Shown here: positions 29,063 through 38,243 of the stretch, piece after piece
Layout of the letters: every line of letters begins with the position of its first letter
Numbering within the stretch: position 1 is the stretch's first letter
From: a virus
Length of the DNA stretch: 64,000 nucleotides
IMG/VR virus record: IMGVR_UViG_3300009964_000001
Span: 86,602 to 150,601 of that record
Direction: 5' to 3' (one strand)
Notes under the pieces: model-generated
Told to the model about the DNA's origin: nothing
The model's database searches: none
What the model saw: only the letters and a program-made list of their open reading frames with translations
Made by a program: the position numbers and the translations under genes

Positions 29063-29398
29063 ATGACCATTAAAGAATACTTAGAAGGTCTCTTCGAATC
29101 GAAGATGTACTTCAAGTTTTACGAGTTGTTCGGTGATAGATTTGGGTTCTCTCTTGAAGACGATTATTCTCAGTTTGAGAAGAAAGTGAACTATTTCGTC
29201 GAAACTGCAGATATCGAGTTCTTCTGTCTTGAAGAAAACCTCGAAGATACTGTTGACAGATTCTTCATCATCCCAATGTTGAAGAACATGAGCGACATCA
29301 GCTATATTCGAAAGTTCTTCGATTATGAAGCTTATAAGCAGATGCTCATTGATCGTGGCTATACAATACGAGATAACTACGTGTTCTCACCATTCTAA
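29063..29398 (+). CDS. Paralog array member 8 (divergent; track ORF 28958..29398, probable start at MTIKEYLEGL)
   Basis: MTIKEYLEGLFESKMYFKFYELF; lacks GYYF. Confidence 0.45.
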   Translation: MTIKEYLEGLFESKMYFKFYELFGDRFGFSLEDDYSQFEKKVNYFVETADIEFFCLEENLEDTVDRFFIIPMLKNMSDISYIRKFFDYEAYKQMLIDRGYTIRDNYVFSPF

Positions 29399-29412
29399 AA
29401 GAAACCACGAAA

Positions 29413-29814
29413 ATGACTATTAAAGACTACATCAGAGAGAAAAGTGACATCGGTGATGCCGTGATCGTCTATGGTGAAAGTGGCTACTATAGTGGTGATG
29501 TCGATCTTGATTTCGAATGGGAAGAAAAGGACGAGGACGATTTCGACAATGAAGAAGACTATGACGATTACAATTCAGAAATCGAAGTTCAGAAGGAACT
29601 CGCTGATGCGCTCATAGAGAAAGCTCAAGAAGCATATCAATGCGATAGTGATGGGTTTGAAGATATGGTGAATGAAGTCTACCTCAATCCCTTCATCGAA
29701 GGTGCGGATAACCCAGAGTTCTTCTATGTTTATTTCGATTATGATAGTTTCAGATATGACCTCCTTAAAGGCGATCTCTTCTATCAAGATGGTTATTACT
29801 TCCTCACATATTAG
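29413..29814 (+). CDS. Paralog array member 9 (subfamily with member 10)
   Basis: MTIKDYIREK...ESGYYSGDVDLD...ELADALIEKAQEAYQCDSDGFEDMVNEVY...DGYYFLTY. Confidence 0.6.
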   Translation: MTIKDYIREKSDIGDAVIVYGESGYYSGDVDLDFEWEEKDEDDFDNEEDYDDYNSEIEVQKELADALIEKAQEAYQCDSDGFEDMVNEVYLNPFIEGADNPEFFYVYFDYDSFRYDLLKGDLFYQDGYYFLTY

Positions 29815-29848
29815 TTAAAGAAGCTGGTAAACGTAGGAATCGAACATC

Positions 29849-29891
29849 GGGGGGGGGGTCACGTGATTATCTTTTATCACGTGACCCCCCC
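29849..29891 (+). repeat. G10...C7 perfect palindromic hairpin (GGGGGGGGGGTCACGTGAT / ATCACGTGACCCCCCC) between array members 9 and 10
   Basis: Seen in sequence; contains CACGTG core and homopolymer G10 tract. Confidence 0.7.
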
Positions 29892-29934
29892 TCGTTCATT
29901 TAAATAACAAAATCTAAAAAACAAAGATAAGAAA

Positions 29935-30336
29935 ATGACTATTAGAGATTATATCAAGGACAACTGTCGCATCGACTATGAAGCAGTAATCGCTTATTAC
30001 GAAAGTGGTTACTACGACACCGAAATCGATCTTGACTTAAACGATGAAAAGGACGCAGGAGAATTCGAAAACCCAGAAGACTATGGTATGTACTTTGAGG
30101 AAGTAGACATACAGAAGGAACTTGCAGACGAACTCATAGAGAAGGCAGAAGAAAACTACCAGTGTGATGATGACACTTTTGAAGACATGGTAAACGAACT
30201 CTACATCGATCCATGTATTGAAGGTGCAGCTGATCCAGACACGATTTATCGTTACTTCGACTATGATAGATTCAGAAATGACCTTCTTATGGACAACTAC
30301 TTCTACAGTAACGGTTATTACTTCCTCGCTTATTAA
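29935..30336 (+). CDS. Paralog array member 10
   Basis: MTIRDYIKDN...ESGYYDTEIDLD...ELADELIEKAEENYQCDDDTFEDMVNELY...NGYYFLAY. Confidence 0.6.
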   Translation: MTIRDYIKDNCRIDYEAVIAYYESGYYDTEIDLDLNDEKDAGEFENPEDYGMYFEEVDIQKELADELIEKAEENYQCDDDTFEDMVNELYIDPCIEGAADPDTIYRYFDYDRFRNDLLMDNYFYSNGYYFLAY

Positions 30337-30376
30337 TAGTAATCGAAAGAAAAGATCCATAGAACTATAAAAATCA

Positions 30377-30410
30377 GAGAGGGCAAGGAAACTATTTCCT
30401 TGCCCTCTCG
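30377..30410 (+). terminator. Bidirectional terminator hairpin between paralog array and convergent minus gene
   Basis: gagagggcaaggaaa-ctat-ttccttgccctctc. Confidence 0.6.
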
Positions 30411-30482
30411 TTGTATTCGAGCCTATTTCTCCTTGTTTGAATACCTTTGTGAATATCAGAGATCAAGGAAAGTACCTCTCCG

Positions 30483-31190
30483 TCATTTCCTTGATTCTCT
30501 CTTCTTCACATAGTCTTGTACTTCCTTTATCTTCTTTTTTACAATTTCCACATTTTTGTGCTTTCCTATCCCACTTCCATCGATATTTCTCCAATATCTC
30601 CAATAGATTGCTCTTATCTGCATCTTTTCGATGTATCTTATCGGGAACGTGCAGATCTTGTACCAATCTTCATATGAAACGATCATTGGCTTTGATTGGA
30701 ATCTTTCAAGTCTGTATGATCTGATCGCAAACTCAAAACCGCTGTTTTGAAGGACTTTCTTTGCCACATCATAATAAAGCGGAATATCCAAGATCGGTGT
30801 TTCTCCAGCGTTTATCTTTTCTATGTTTGGACTTATAACTTGAGTATTCCAAAGTCTGATTATTGTGTCGAGAACCTTTATACGCATCGACGGAGGGATA
30901 AACGACAGGTTTATTCCATAAGGAAGAAGATGACCTCCCGATGTTACTTTGTAACCTATTATAAAAGTCAATGGACACCATGAGAAGAAGTCCATTTCAT
31001 CCTTAGTTAGAGGATCATAGAACCACGTGTAAATCTTACCAATCTTCGGGATAGGTGTCCGAGATTCTTCTCTGGGGTTCTTCTCTTTCATAACATAAAC
31101 ATCATCAAACCACTTCTTTGATCTACTAACGATAGTAGAGTAAGGTGTGGACTTGGACATTTTCATTATGGTTTCTGATACAAGCTCCAT
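30483..31190 (-). CDS. Hypothetical protein (minus strand, convergent to array)
   Basis: 235-aa ORF. Confidence 0.45.
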   Translation of the reverse strand: MELVSETIMKMSKSTPYSTIVSRSKKWFDDVYVMKEKNPREESRTPIPKIGKIYTWFYDPLTKDEMDFFSWCPLTFIIGYKVTSGGHLLPYGINLSFIPPSMRIKVLDTIIRLWNTQVISPNIEKINAGETPILDIPLYYDVAKKVLQNSGFEFAIRSYRLERFQSKPMIVSYEDWYKICTFPIRYIEKMQIRAIYWRYWRNIDGSGIGKHKNVEIVKKKIKEVQDYVKKRESRK

Positions 31191-31238
31191 CGTACTTTTC
31201 TTTTATTTGACGGTTAAATAAAAGAAACTCGGAAAAGA

Positions 31239-32846
31239 ATGATTGCGGATTTCTTATCAAAATTGAGAATTAAGGCATACGACACACTCAACGACACCAT
31301 AAACTTCCTCATCCAAAAATACAAGACTGATATTCGTTCATTCTCGTATTCATCACCATTTGGCCAGATTCTCATTGTTCTGCAGAACCACATGCAGAAC
31401 ATTTACTACTATATCACCGATTCCGCAAATCAGACAAACTTCCACACTGCAAACAGACAATCTTCGGTTTATGGACTTGCCAGACTTCAAGGTTATAACG
31501 CTTATCGTGGGAAATCGGCAACTGGTGTCATAAATCTGAAAGTCAAGCCAGATGCCAAGACAAATCTCATAACTGGGAATCGTGTTTTTATACCAAACTA
31601 TTCAAAGCTAACGTGCTTGCAGAATGGTCTCGTTTACATGCTCGATCTTGGTAAAGATTACGAGATCTTCGACATACAAAAAAGAGTAGACGTTTCCTTG
31701 AACATTATAGAGGGAAAACTCGAATATCAGTCGTTTACAGGGACAGGTGAAGATATTCAGTCCTATGAAGTTCATGCATCTCAATGGAACATGTTTGATA
31801 ACGACTTCGTTATAGTCACTGTAAATGGGAAAGAATACCCTCAATACGATTCACTTTACGATATTCCTTACGGAGAATGTGGATGTTTAGTGAAAACTGG
31901 AATGACTTCGGGGATTGATGTCATCTTCGGGAAATCATCACATAACGAAGTACCTCCGCTTGGTGCAGAAATACGAGTAGACTACATCACTACGAGTGGT
32001 TCTGTGGGGAACGTCTTTGAAGATACGGTCTTGTTCTCCCTCAATGACACTTGCTTTGACACGTATGGAAACGAGATAAACATGTCCGACATCTTTGTTG
32101 CCGTCAATGAGATCAATCCTTCATTTGGCGCAGATTCAGAACCAATGGAGATGACAAAGATTCTCGCACCGAACATTTCTCGAAACTTTGTAATACACGA
32201 CAAACGAACAATAGAGAACTTCTTCCGTCGTATGAATTACTTCTCTCTGATAGATGTTTTCAAAAGAGAAGTGAATCATCACAATGAATATTCCGTCGTT
32301 CTTGTCCCAAAGCTCAAGTCGCTCATACTTCGGAACGAAGACTACTTCGATTTCAATACTGATCACCTTTTTATAAAGGAAAATGAAAAGGTGAAACTGA
32401 TAAACGCTATAAAGTCGTATGGTAACAAATCGCTGGATATTTCAATAAGTATTGTAAATCCAGAGACCAGAAGATTTGTGGTTTATCTTTATGTTGAACT
32501 TTTCCGAGAAGTGAAGGGTAAACCCACGGACTTTGAACGTGTACAATCCGACATTCGTCATGCACTATCCGCTTATCTTCTCGATTCACAGAAGCTGACG
32601 AAGATAACTCATTCTGACATAGTTTCACAGATTGACGGCATTGTTGGTGTCGACAGTGTCAAAGTGGTGTTTGTGCCAGAGTACGAAGGTGATGTGGATG
32701 AAATCGGCAACATTTCTCTGAAGCCATCACAAATCGCAGTCCTTCGTGGAGGTTTTACAGATTCTCAAGGTATCTCTTACAAGGACACTTTCACGACACC
32801 AAACGAGATGTCATCGGTCAACATAGCAATAGAGTATTCCAAATAA
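31239..32846 (+). CDS. Hypothetical protein (likely virion/structural; late-gene context)
   Basis: 535-aa ORF. Confidence 0.5.
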   Translation: MIADFLSKLRIKAYDTLNDTINFLIQKYKTDIRSFSYSSPFGQILIVLQNHMQNIYYYITDSANQTNFHTANRQSSVYGLARLQGYNAYRGKSATGVINLKVKPDAKTNLITGNRVFIPNYSKLTCLQNGLVYMLDLGKDYEIFDIQKRVDVSLNIIEGKLEYQSFTGTGEDIQSYEVHASQWNMFDNDFVIVTVNGKEYPQYDSLYDIPYGECGCLVKTGMTSGIDVIFGKSSHNEVPPLGAEIRVDYITTSGSVGNVFEDTVLFSLNDTCFDTYGNEINMSDIFVAVNEINPSFGADSEPMEMTKILAPNISRNFVIHDKRTIENFFRRMNYFSLIDVFKREVNHHNEYSVVLVPKLKSLILRNEDYFDFNTDHLFIKENEKVKLINAIKSYGNKSLDISISIVNPETRRFVVYLYVELFREVKGKPTDFERVQSDIRHALSAYLLDSQKLTKITHSDIVSQIDGIVGVDSVKVVFVPEYEGDVDEIGNISLKPSQIAVLRGGFTDSQGISYKDTFTTPNEMSSVNIAIEYSK

Positions 32847-32852
32847 AGAAGA

Positions 32853-33224
32853 ATGGAAAAATCGATCAAATTAACAAGGAACAACTTTCTTGTAGAAGAA
32901 TTGTGTAAAGATGCGCTCATCGATTTCGATTCTCCGAGAAATGTTGGTGTTGTCGTATGTGGTAACGAGAAACATGAAGATGTGAAAGTCGGGGACAAGG
33001 TCTTCTTCGGTGAAACCAATGGTTACATAATAGAACTCAACGGCATTCGTTATTGTCTTCTATCATATCCAGAAATAATCGGTGTTATCGAGGGGGAATG
33101 TGGTCGGGAAGACATAGTCGTAGGAAGATATCACGACCTTGATGATTACATAGACAAACTCACACAGAAGAATCTTCTCGGTGACAATCCGATCAACATA
33201 CACGAAGGTATGTTTTATAAATAA
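32853..33224 (+). CDS. Second GroES/Cpn10-like (gp31-like co-chaperonin fold) protein
   Basis: NVGVVVCGNEK...VKVGDKVFFGETNGYIIELNGIRYCLLSYPEIIGVIE resembles GroES C-terminal half. Confidence 0.4.
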   Translation: MEKSIKLTRNNFLVEELCKDALIDFDSPRNVGVVVCGNEKHEDVKVGDKVFFGETNGYIIELNGIRYCLLSYPEIIGVIEGECGREDIVVGRYHDLDDYIDKLTQKNLLGDNPINIHEGMFYK

Positions 33225-33259
33225 CGAAATCATAAAAAAGAATTAAAACAAGAATAATT

Positions 33260-34102
33260 ATGCTTAGAAATAAATCACTAAAGCGATATTCAGCTGGTGC
33301 AAGAAGAGCATTCGAAAGCGCATCGAATCCTTCAGCAAAGGCGGTCAGCAGAGCATCTTCAAAGAAGCAGGTTACTGATGCATCTGTCAAGCAGGCTTCT
33401 TTCCGTGAAGCTGTAACACGCACGATTGAGAAACAGAAGGCATCTTCGAAGAGACAGGCTTCTCTTCGTGAAGCTGTTTCTCGTACGATTTCGAAGGAAG
33501 CATCTGCACGTCAGAAGTCACTTGCCAAGCAGGCTTCTCTTCGTGAAGCTGTTGTACGCTCGATGTCAAAGCAGAAAGCATCTACCAAGCAGTCATCAAT
33601 TCGTGAAGCTATCGCAGAAATGTCTGCAAAGCAGGCATCTTCCGCAAAGCAGGCAACGTCTGTAAGCCGTAAGACTCGTCTGTCTTATAAGGAAGCATCT
33701 GCAAAGCAGGCATCTCGTCAGTCTCAGAAGGCAGTATCATCTCTCAAGAGTGCTGATGAACTCGTACAGCAGGACATTCTCAACGCAGAAGATGTAGAAA
33801 ACGTACTGAAGCAGGCAGAACTCTCTACGAAGCAGATCGATGCAGTCATCGACGCTCTCCCAGAGAAGAAGGAAGTCTCACTTGAAGAAGTTGTAACTGA
33901 ACTTACCGAACAGAGCGTAGAAAAGGAAGTCATTGATGATGTCATTGAAATTGCAACTGAAGAAGCTGTCAAGGTTTCTGTCAAGGATACGCAGGTCAAC
34001 GAATCACAGGCTCGTCGACTTCGTAGAGCAATTAGAGAATCGCTCTCGAGAAAAGCTAATCGTGCAGTCTACGAAAAGCGTCTTTCAAGAATCCGTCGCT
34101 AA
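33260..34102 (+). CDS. Protein built of about 7 tandem ~20-aa repeats (KQASLREAVxRTIxKxxSA), late-promoter motif upstream
   Basis: Repeats visible in translation and as DNA periodicity (aagcaggcttctcttcgtgaagctgtt). Confidence 0.5.
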   Translation: MLRNKSLKRYSAGARRAFESASNPSAKAVSRASSKKQVTDASVKQASFREAVTRTIEKQKASSKRQASLREAVSRTISKEASARQKSLAKQASLREAVVRSMSKQKASTKQSSIREAIAEMSAKQASSAKQATSVSRKTRLSYKEASAKQASRQSQKAVSSLKSADELVQQDILNAEDVENVLKQAELSTKQIDAVIDALPEKKEVSLEEVVTELTEQSVEKEVIDDVIEIATEEAVKVSVKDTQVNESQARRLRRAIRESLSRKANRAVYEKRLSRIRR

Positions 34103-34128
34103 AGATAAGCCATAACATACAAGAAACT

Positions 34129-34172
34129 GTTTCAGCCCGACCATAATAAGAATGGTCGGGCTGAAACTTTTT
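34129..34172 (+). terminator. Rho-independent terminator
   Basis: gtttcagcccgacca...tggtcgggctgaaac + TTTTT. Confidence 0.65.
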
Positions 34173-34218
34173 ATATGGTTCAATTGATAAGAATCATATA
34201 AAAAAGGCGTATACACCA

Positions 34219-34965
34219 ATGGCTAAAAAATCACAGTACATAAACCCTTCGGAATACAATGATGAACTGGTTAGATGTGTGAAACAAGATAAGTTGTCGG
34301 CAAAGATGATAGAAATGTTCTCGATTCATGCGAAGAATGTCTGTAGACGTTTCTATTTCCCAGATGATGACGATAAGAATGATGCAGTTTCTACGTGCAT
34401 GGTCGACTTTCTTCACAATTGGAAATCTTTCGCTGTACAAAACAACGTTTTCTTGAAGTTCAATAGAAACTTTCAAATTGGTGAAAAACTTGAACTGATA
34501 ATCGAAAACTATGGAACGTTTATCTTTACCGCTGGAGAACATCTTGATAAGGAAACGATGACTTTCGAGATCAGAGATACTGCAAACAAGTCGATAAGAT
34601 CGCTTATGATACTCTGTCAAGAAAAGCCACTCTCTGATATCATAAGAGTCACGAACAACACCTCTAATCACAAGATGATGATTAGAGACCTTCACAATCA
34701 AGAAGATCTTACAGTGTTCTCAAAGTTGATCGTCCATGAGCTTCCAAATGAACAACCACTTATCCTTGAAGACGGTTATTATAACATCATTGGTGAAAAT
34801 GTCTACTCATTTGTCCCATTTTCTCCTGCATTCCAATTCTTAACATCTTTGTGTAACAATTCGATAAAGAAATCGCTTGACTACACATCACCCAAAGCCT
34901 TAAGAGGTGGGAATCAAGTAAGACTCTCGTGTAACGCAGAAGATAACGGAATCTACACGCTATAA
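34219..34965 (+). CDS. Late-transcription sigma factor, T4 gp55-like (N-terminal region)
   Basis: KSQYINPSEYNDELVRCV / MIEMFSIHAKNVCRRFYFPDDDDKNDAVSTCMVDFLHNWKSF resemble gp55 KPKYNYVNNKELLQAI / AIMLIAEGLSKRFNFSGY...GIEASIKGLHNF. Confidence 0.45.
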   Translation: MAKKSQYINPSEYNDELVRCVKQDKLSAKMIEMFSIHAKNVCRRFYFPDDDDKNDAVSTCMVDFLHNWKSFAVQNNVFLKFNRNFQIGEKLELIIENYGTFIFTAGEHLDKETMTFEIRDTANKSIRSLMILCQEKPLSDIIRVTNNTSNHKMMIRDLHNQEDLTVFSKLIVHELPNEQPLILEDGYYNIIGENVYSFVPFSPAFQFLTSLCNNSIKKSLDYTSPKALRGGNQVRLSCNAEDNGIYTL

Positions 34966-34980
34966 AAAGTCCAAAGAAAA

Positions 34981-35205
34981 ATGAAGATGAAGATTAATCT
35001 CGAAAGCATTAAAAACATCAAGATCAAGCCGATCCACATGCTACTGATCTCAGTACTTCTGATTATCTTATCAAGGTACGTGTTTGAATACATCAACCCA
35101 TGGCTGGGGTGGATGTCTTACGGAGGATCGGTTTATGTTCTCTACAAATCTCTGACAGGAATCTATAAAACTCATATCGAAAAAGAAGATGAAGAAGATC
35201 GCTAA
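34981..35205 (+). CDS. Small membrane protein (NfeD-like partner position upstream of SPFH gene)
   Basis: Two hydrophobic helices; adjacency to SPFH-like gene. Confidence 0.35.
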   Translation: MKMKINLESIKNIKIKPIHMLLISVLLIILSRYVFEYINPWLGWMSYGGSVYVLYKSLTGIYKTHIEKEDEEDR

Positions 35206-35992
35206 ACTTCTGTCTATCGGTGCACTTGCAACACTTTCCATCTCGTGTGAGAGAGTTGCACCAAACTATGCTGGTGTTCTCATGGAGAATTACGGCAAGA
35301 ATGGTAAATCCGACTTCAACATAGTGACTGGTCGTGTCAACACGTTTGTACCAGGTACTGAACTTTTCCAAGTCCCTCTGTTTGAACAGCGAGGTGAATT
35401 CTCGGAAAAGGTAACTCTGAAAAGTTCAGACAACACCGAGTTCACTGCTCGACCTACGTACTCTTACAAGGTTATCAAAGATCGTGCTATTGACGTTGTG
35501 TTTGATAACAAGCATATCGAATCAAGTCCTCTAAATGATTCCACCAACTTCATCTCATCAATCGAGGACAACATCATAGAACCAAGAATCTATGACCTCA
35601 TCAAGGAGGAATCTCGAAAGCATAAGACCGATGAACTCATGGCGGATGGTGGTTCACTATCGTTCGAAAAGTCGCTTGAAGATGTCATCCGTGAGGAATT
35701 CAAAAAGAGAGGTTTCGAACTATTGACTTTCTCTGCACAACTTGAGTTTTCTGAAAAAGTCCGAGAGAAGATAGATTCCCGAAATGAGGTCAACACCAAT
35801 CTTTCTGTCCTTGATCAACAGATTGAAGAACAAAAGAAAAGAAACCAACTCGAACAGCTTCGTGCAGAACAGAACAAGATCCGTTCGAGTGGAATCGATG
35901 AAAAACTGCTGATGAAGGAATTTATAGAAAAGTGGGATGGGAAAACACCAATCTACGGCAAAATTCCAGACATCATCAAGTTAGAGAAATAA
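35189..35992 (+). CDS. SPFH/band-7 (stomatin/prohibitin-like) lipoprotein
   Basis: Lipobox LSISC; GVLMENYGKNGKSDFNIVTGRVNTFVPGTELFQVPLFE resembles SPFH N-terminus; C-terminal coiled coil. Confidence 0.4.
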   Translation: MKKIAKLLSIGALATLSISCERVAPNYAGVLMENYGKNGKSDFNIVTGRVNTFVPGTELFQVPLFEQRGEFSEKVTLKSSDNTEFTARPTYSYKVIKDRAIDVVFDNKHIESSPLNDSTNFISSIEDNIIEPRIYDLIKEESRKHKTDELMADGGSLSFEKSLEDVIREEFKKRGFELLTFSAQLEFSEKVREKIDSRNEVNTNLSVLDQQIEEQKKRNQLEQLRAEQNKIRSSGIDEKLLMKEFIEKWDGKTPIYGKIPDIIKLEK

Positions 35993-36017
35993 CAGACAAA
36001 TCGCCCCCAGACGAGAA

Positions 36018-36057
36018 GAGAGCCGTGTTCCGAGGAACTTCCTTGAACACGGCTCTC
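36018..36057 (+). terminator. Stem-loop after SPFH gene
   Basis: gagagccgtgttc...gaacacggctctc. Confidence 0.5.
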
Positions 36058-36091
36058 GTGTATAGATGAAACCATGCTGATTATAAGATAG

Positions 36092-36394
36092 ATGAATGAT
36101 GAAGAAATATCAATCAGTCATAATCAATCAAAAACAAACAGAATGAAAAAGATAGGTCGCATAGGCTTTAGAGTGGTTTCCGTCTACGAAATAGAGGATT
36201 GCGAAGTTCCCGACCATGTCTACGATTCTTTCAAGAGACTCGAGGAATCGGGCGTGAGTGAAATAAGCAACTTCTCCTCAGATGATGATGAATGTCGTGT
36301 TTATGACTACATTATGAGAAACTATGACAGTCCGCACGAATCTATCACGTGTGAAGTAAAGCTCGATGAGATCTCTCTTGACGAGAACTATTAA
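36092..36394 (+). CDS. Hypothetical protein
   Basis: ORF only. Confidence 0.35.
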   Translation: MNDEEISISHNQSKTNRMKKIGRIGFRVVSVYEIEDCEVPDHVYDSFKRLEESGVSEISNFSSDDDECRVYDYIMRNYDSPHESITCEVKLDEISLDENY

Positions 36395-36411
36395 CAGACA
36401 AAAGATAAAAG

Positions 36412-37746
36412 ATGGAAAACTATCCAAAGATGCCGAATGGTCTCCTCCTTACCGAAGAGTTCAAGAAGGCTTATGATCTTCTTGAACACACGAAGGAATT
36501 CGTGTTTCTGACTGGGGATGCAGGATCTGGTAAGACTACATTCCTAAAATGGTGGTTAAGTAACACTTCAAAGAAGACAGTCGTATTGTCCCCAACTGGT
36601 ATGGGAGCTGTAAATCTTCTCCCAATCAAAGCATCAACCGTCCATAAGTTCTTCAAGTTTGGCAATAAGCCCTTGTTCACTTCGAACATTCCCCGACTTT
36701 CATCACAGAAATATAAGGAGAACAGACAGTTATATCTCAACGTCGATACGATCATCATTGATGAGTGTTCGATGGTGTCGTCGATGATGATGCAGGCAAT
36801 CGATGACTTTTATAGGATCAACTTTGATTCCGATGAACCATTTGGTGGAAAGCAGATAGTCCTTGTCGGTGATATGGCACAGCTCCCACCAGTTATTGGA
36901 TCTGATGCTGAAAGACAGTACACTAAGGACAGATTTGGTGGGAAATACTTCTTCGATGCTACAATCTTCAAGGAGGTAAGTATCAAGTTTGTCGAGTTCA
37001 CAGAAATCTTCAGACAGAATGATCCTGAGTTCATTGGATACCTCAACAAGATCAGAACTGGGACGATAACACAAAGTGATATCATAAAGCTCAACGATAT
37101 CTTCACATCAAACAAGGTGTCTGATGATGCTATGGTGATCTCGTTTAGAAATGATGTCGTCGACATGATCAACGACTATAAGCTCAACGAAATCAAAGCG
37201 GAAGATGTGTTCCTTTATTCTTCAATAAATGGCTTCTTCAATCCAAAGTCTTGTCCAGTCAAGGAAATCACACGTGTAAGACCTGGGTGCCGTATCATGT
37301 GCCGAAACAATGACAAGGACGAAAGATGGGTAAATGGAACGATCGCAAAGTTTGTCAAGAAGGTAAGCGATGAAAAGATCATAATCGAACTTGAAGGAGG
37401 TGATAAGCAGATCATGGAAAAAGTCGAGTTCACGGATTCCAAGTTCGAATATAACTCAAAAACTGGGGAAATCGAAGCCAAAGAAACGTCTTCAATGACT
37501 TGCTTCCCAATCGTCGTGTCGTACGCAATGACTGCACATAAATCGCAAGGGATTACACTTGACGAGGTGAAGATCGACATCGGTAAAGGTGCATTCGACA
37601 CAGGTCAGCTCTACGTTGCACTTTCGAGGTGTAGATCAATGCAAGGAATACAGCTTATCTCAAACATGTCGATACGTGACGTGAAGGTTGATGATAAGAT
37701 TTATGAATTCTATAAAAAAATGAGAGAAAACAATGGAGTACTTTAA
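36412..37746 (+). CDS. dda: SF1B DNA helicase, Dda/RecD/Pif1-like
   Basis: Walker A GDAGSGKTTFL, Walker B IIIDECSMV, LVGDMAQLPPV, C-terminal TAHKSQGITLDEV...LYVALSRCRS. Confidence 0.85.
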   Translation: MENYPKMPNGLLLTEEFKKAYDLLEHTKEFVFLTGDAGSGKTTFLKWWLSNTSKKTVVLSPTGMGAVNLLPIKASTVHKFFKFGNKPLFTSNIPRLSSQKYKENRQLYLNVDTIIIDECSMVSSMMMQAIDDFYRINFDSDEPFGGKQIVLVGDMAQLPPVIGSDAERQYTKDRFGGKYFFDATIFKEVSIKFVEFTEIFRQNDPEFIGYLNKIRTGTITQSDIIKLNDIFTSNKVSDDAMVISFRNDVVDMINDYKLNEIKAEDVFLYSSINGFFNPKSCPVKEITRVRPGCRIMCRNNDKDERWVNGTIAKFVKKVSDEKIIIELEGGDKQIMEKVEFTDSKFEYNSKTGEIEAKETSSMTCFPIVVSYAMTAHKSQGITLDEVKIDIGKGAFDTGQLYVALSRCRSMQGIQLISNMSIRDVKVDDKIYEFYKKMRENNGVL

Positions 37747-38155
37747 GGTAGTAGTAGCTTACCGTGCATCAGATGATGAAGGTAAGCTGAAGAAGTTCAC
37801 GAAGCAGATCATCGTGAATTCCAAGAACTTCGCAGAAGCAGAAAAGGACGCTATGCACGCCTTTGGGGAAGCAGTTCCAACAGGTCATGCCGAGTTCGAG
37901 ATGAAGTCAATCTCAAAGGTGCACTATGAGTACATCTTCGGCATGGACAATCAGAACATCCTCCACAAGCCACAATGGTACAAGGCGGTCGTAAAGACTG
38001 ATTCTGAGAAGTTCCAGATCCTAATCTGTGGTGATAACAACATCTCTGACATCTCTAACGACATCTCGGAGAGAATGAGTAACGAGGTGATTATTCCCTT
38101 TGGTGTAGTTCAAGTCACGAGCACCAACATTCTCACTGTAGAACTCACTGCATAA
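37733..38155 (+). CDS. Hypothetical protein
   Basis: ORF only. Confidence 0.4.
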   Translation: MEYFKVVVAYRASDDEGKLKKFTKQIIVNSKNFAEAEKDAMHAFGEAVPTGHAEFEMKSISKVHYEYIFGMDNQNILHKPQWYKAVVKTDSEKFQILICGDNNISDISNDISERMSNEVIIPFGVVQVTSTNILTVELTA

Positions 38156-38170
38156 ACCATCATAAGAAAG

Positions 38171-38224
38171 TATTCTTGAAGGCACAGAGAGGTATTTCCG
38201 TTGCGCTCTGTGCCTTCAAGAATA
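38171..38224 (+). terminator. Long stem-loop (19-bp stem)
   Basis: tattcttgaaggcacagag...ctctgtgccttcaagaata. Confidence 0.6.
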
Positions 38225-38243
38225 TAAAAAATCGATACGACAT

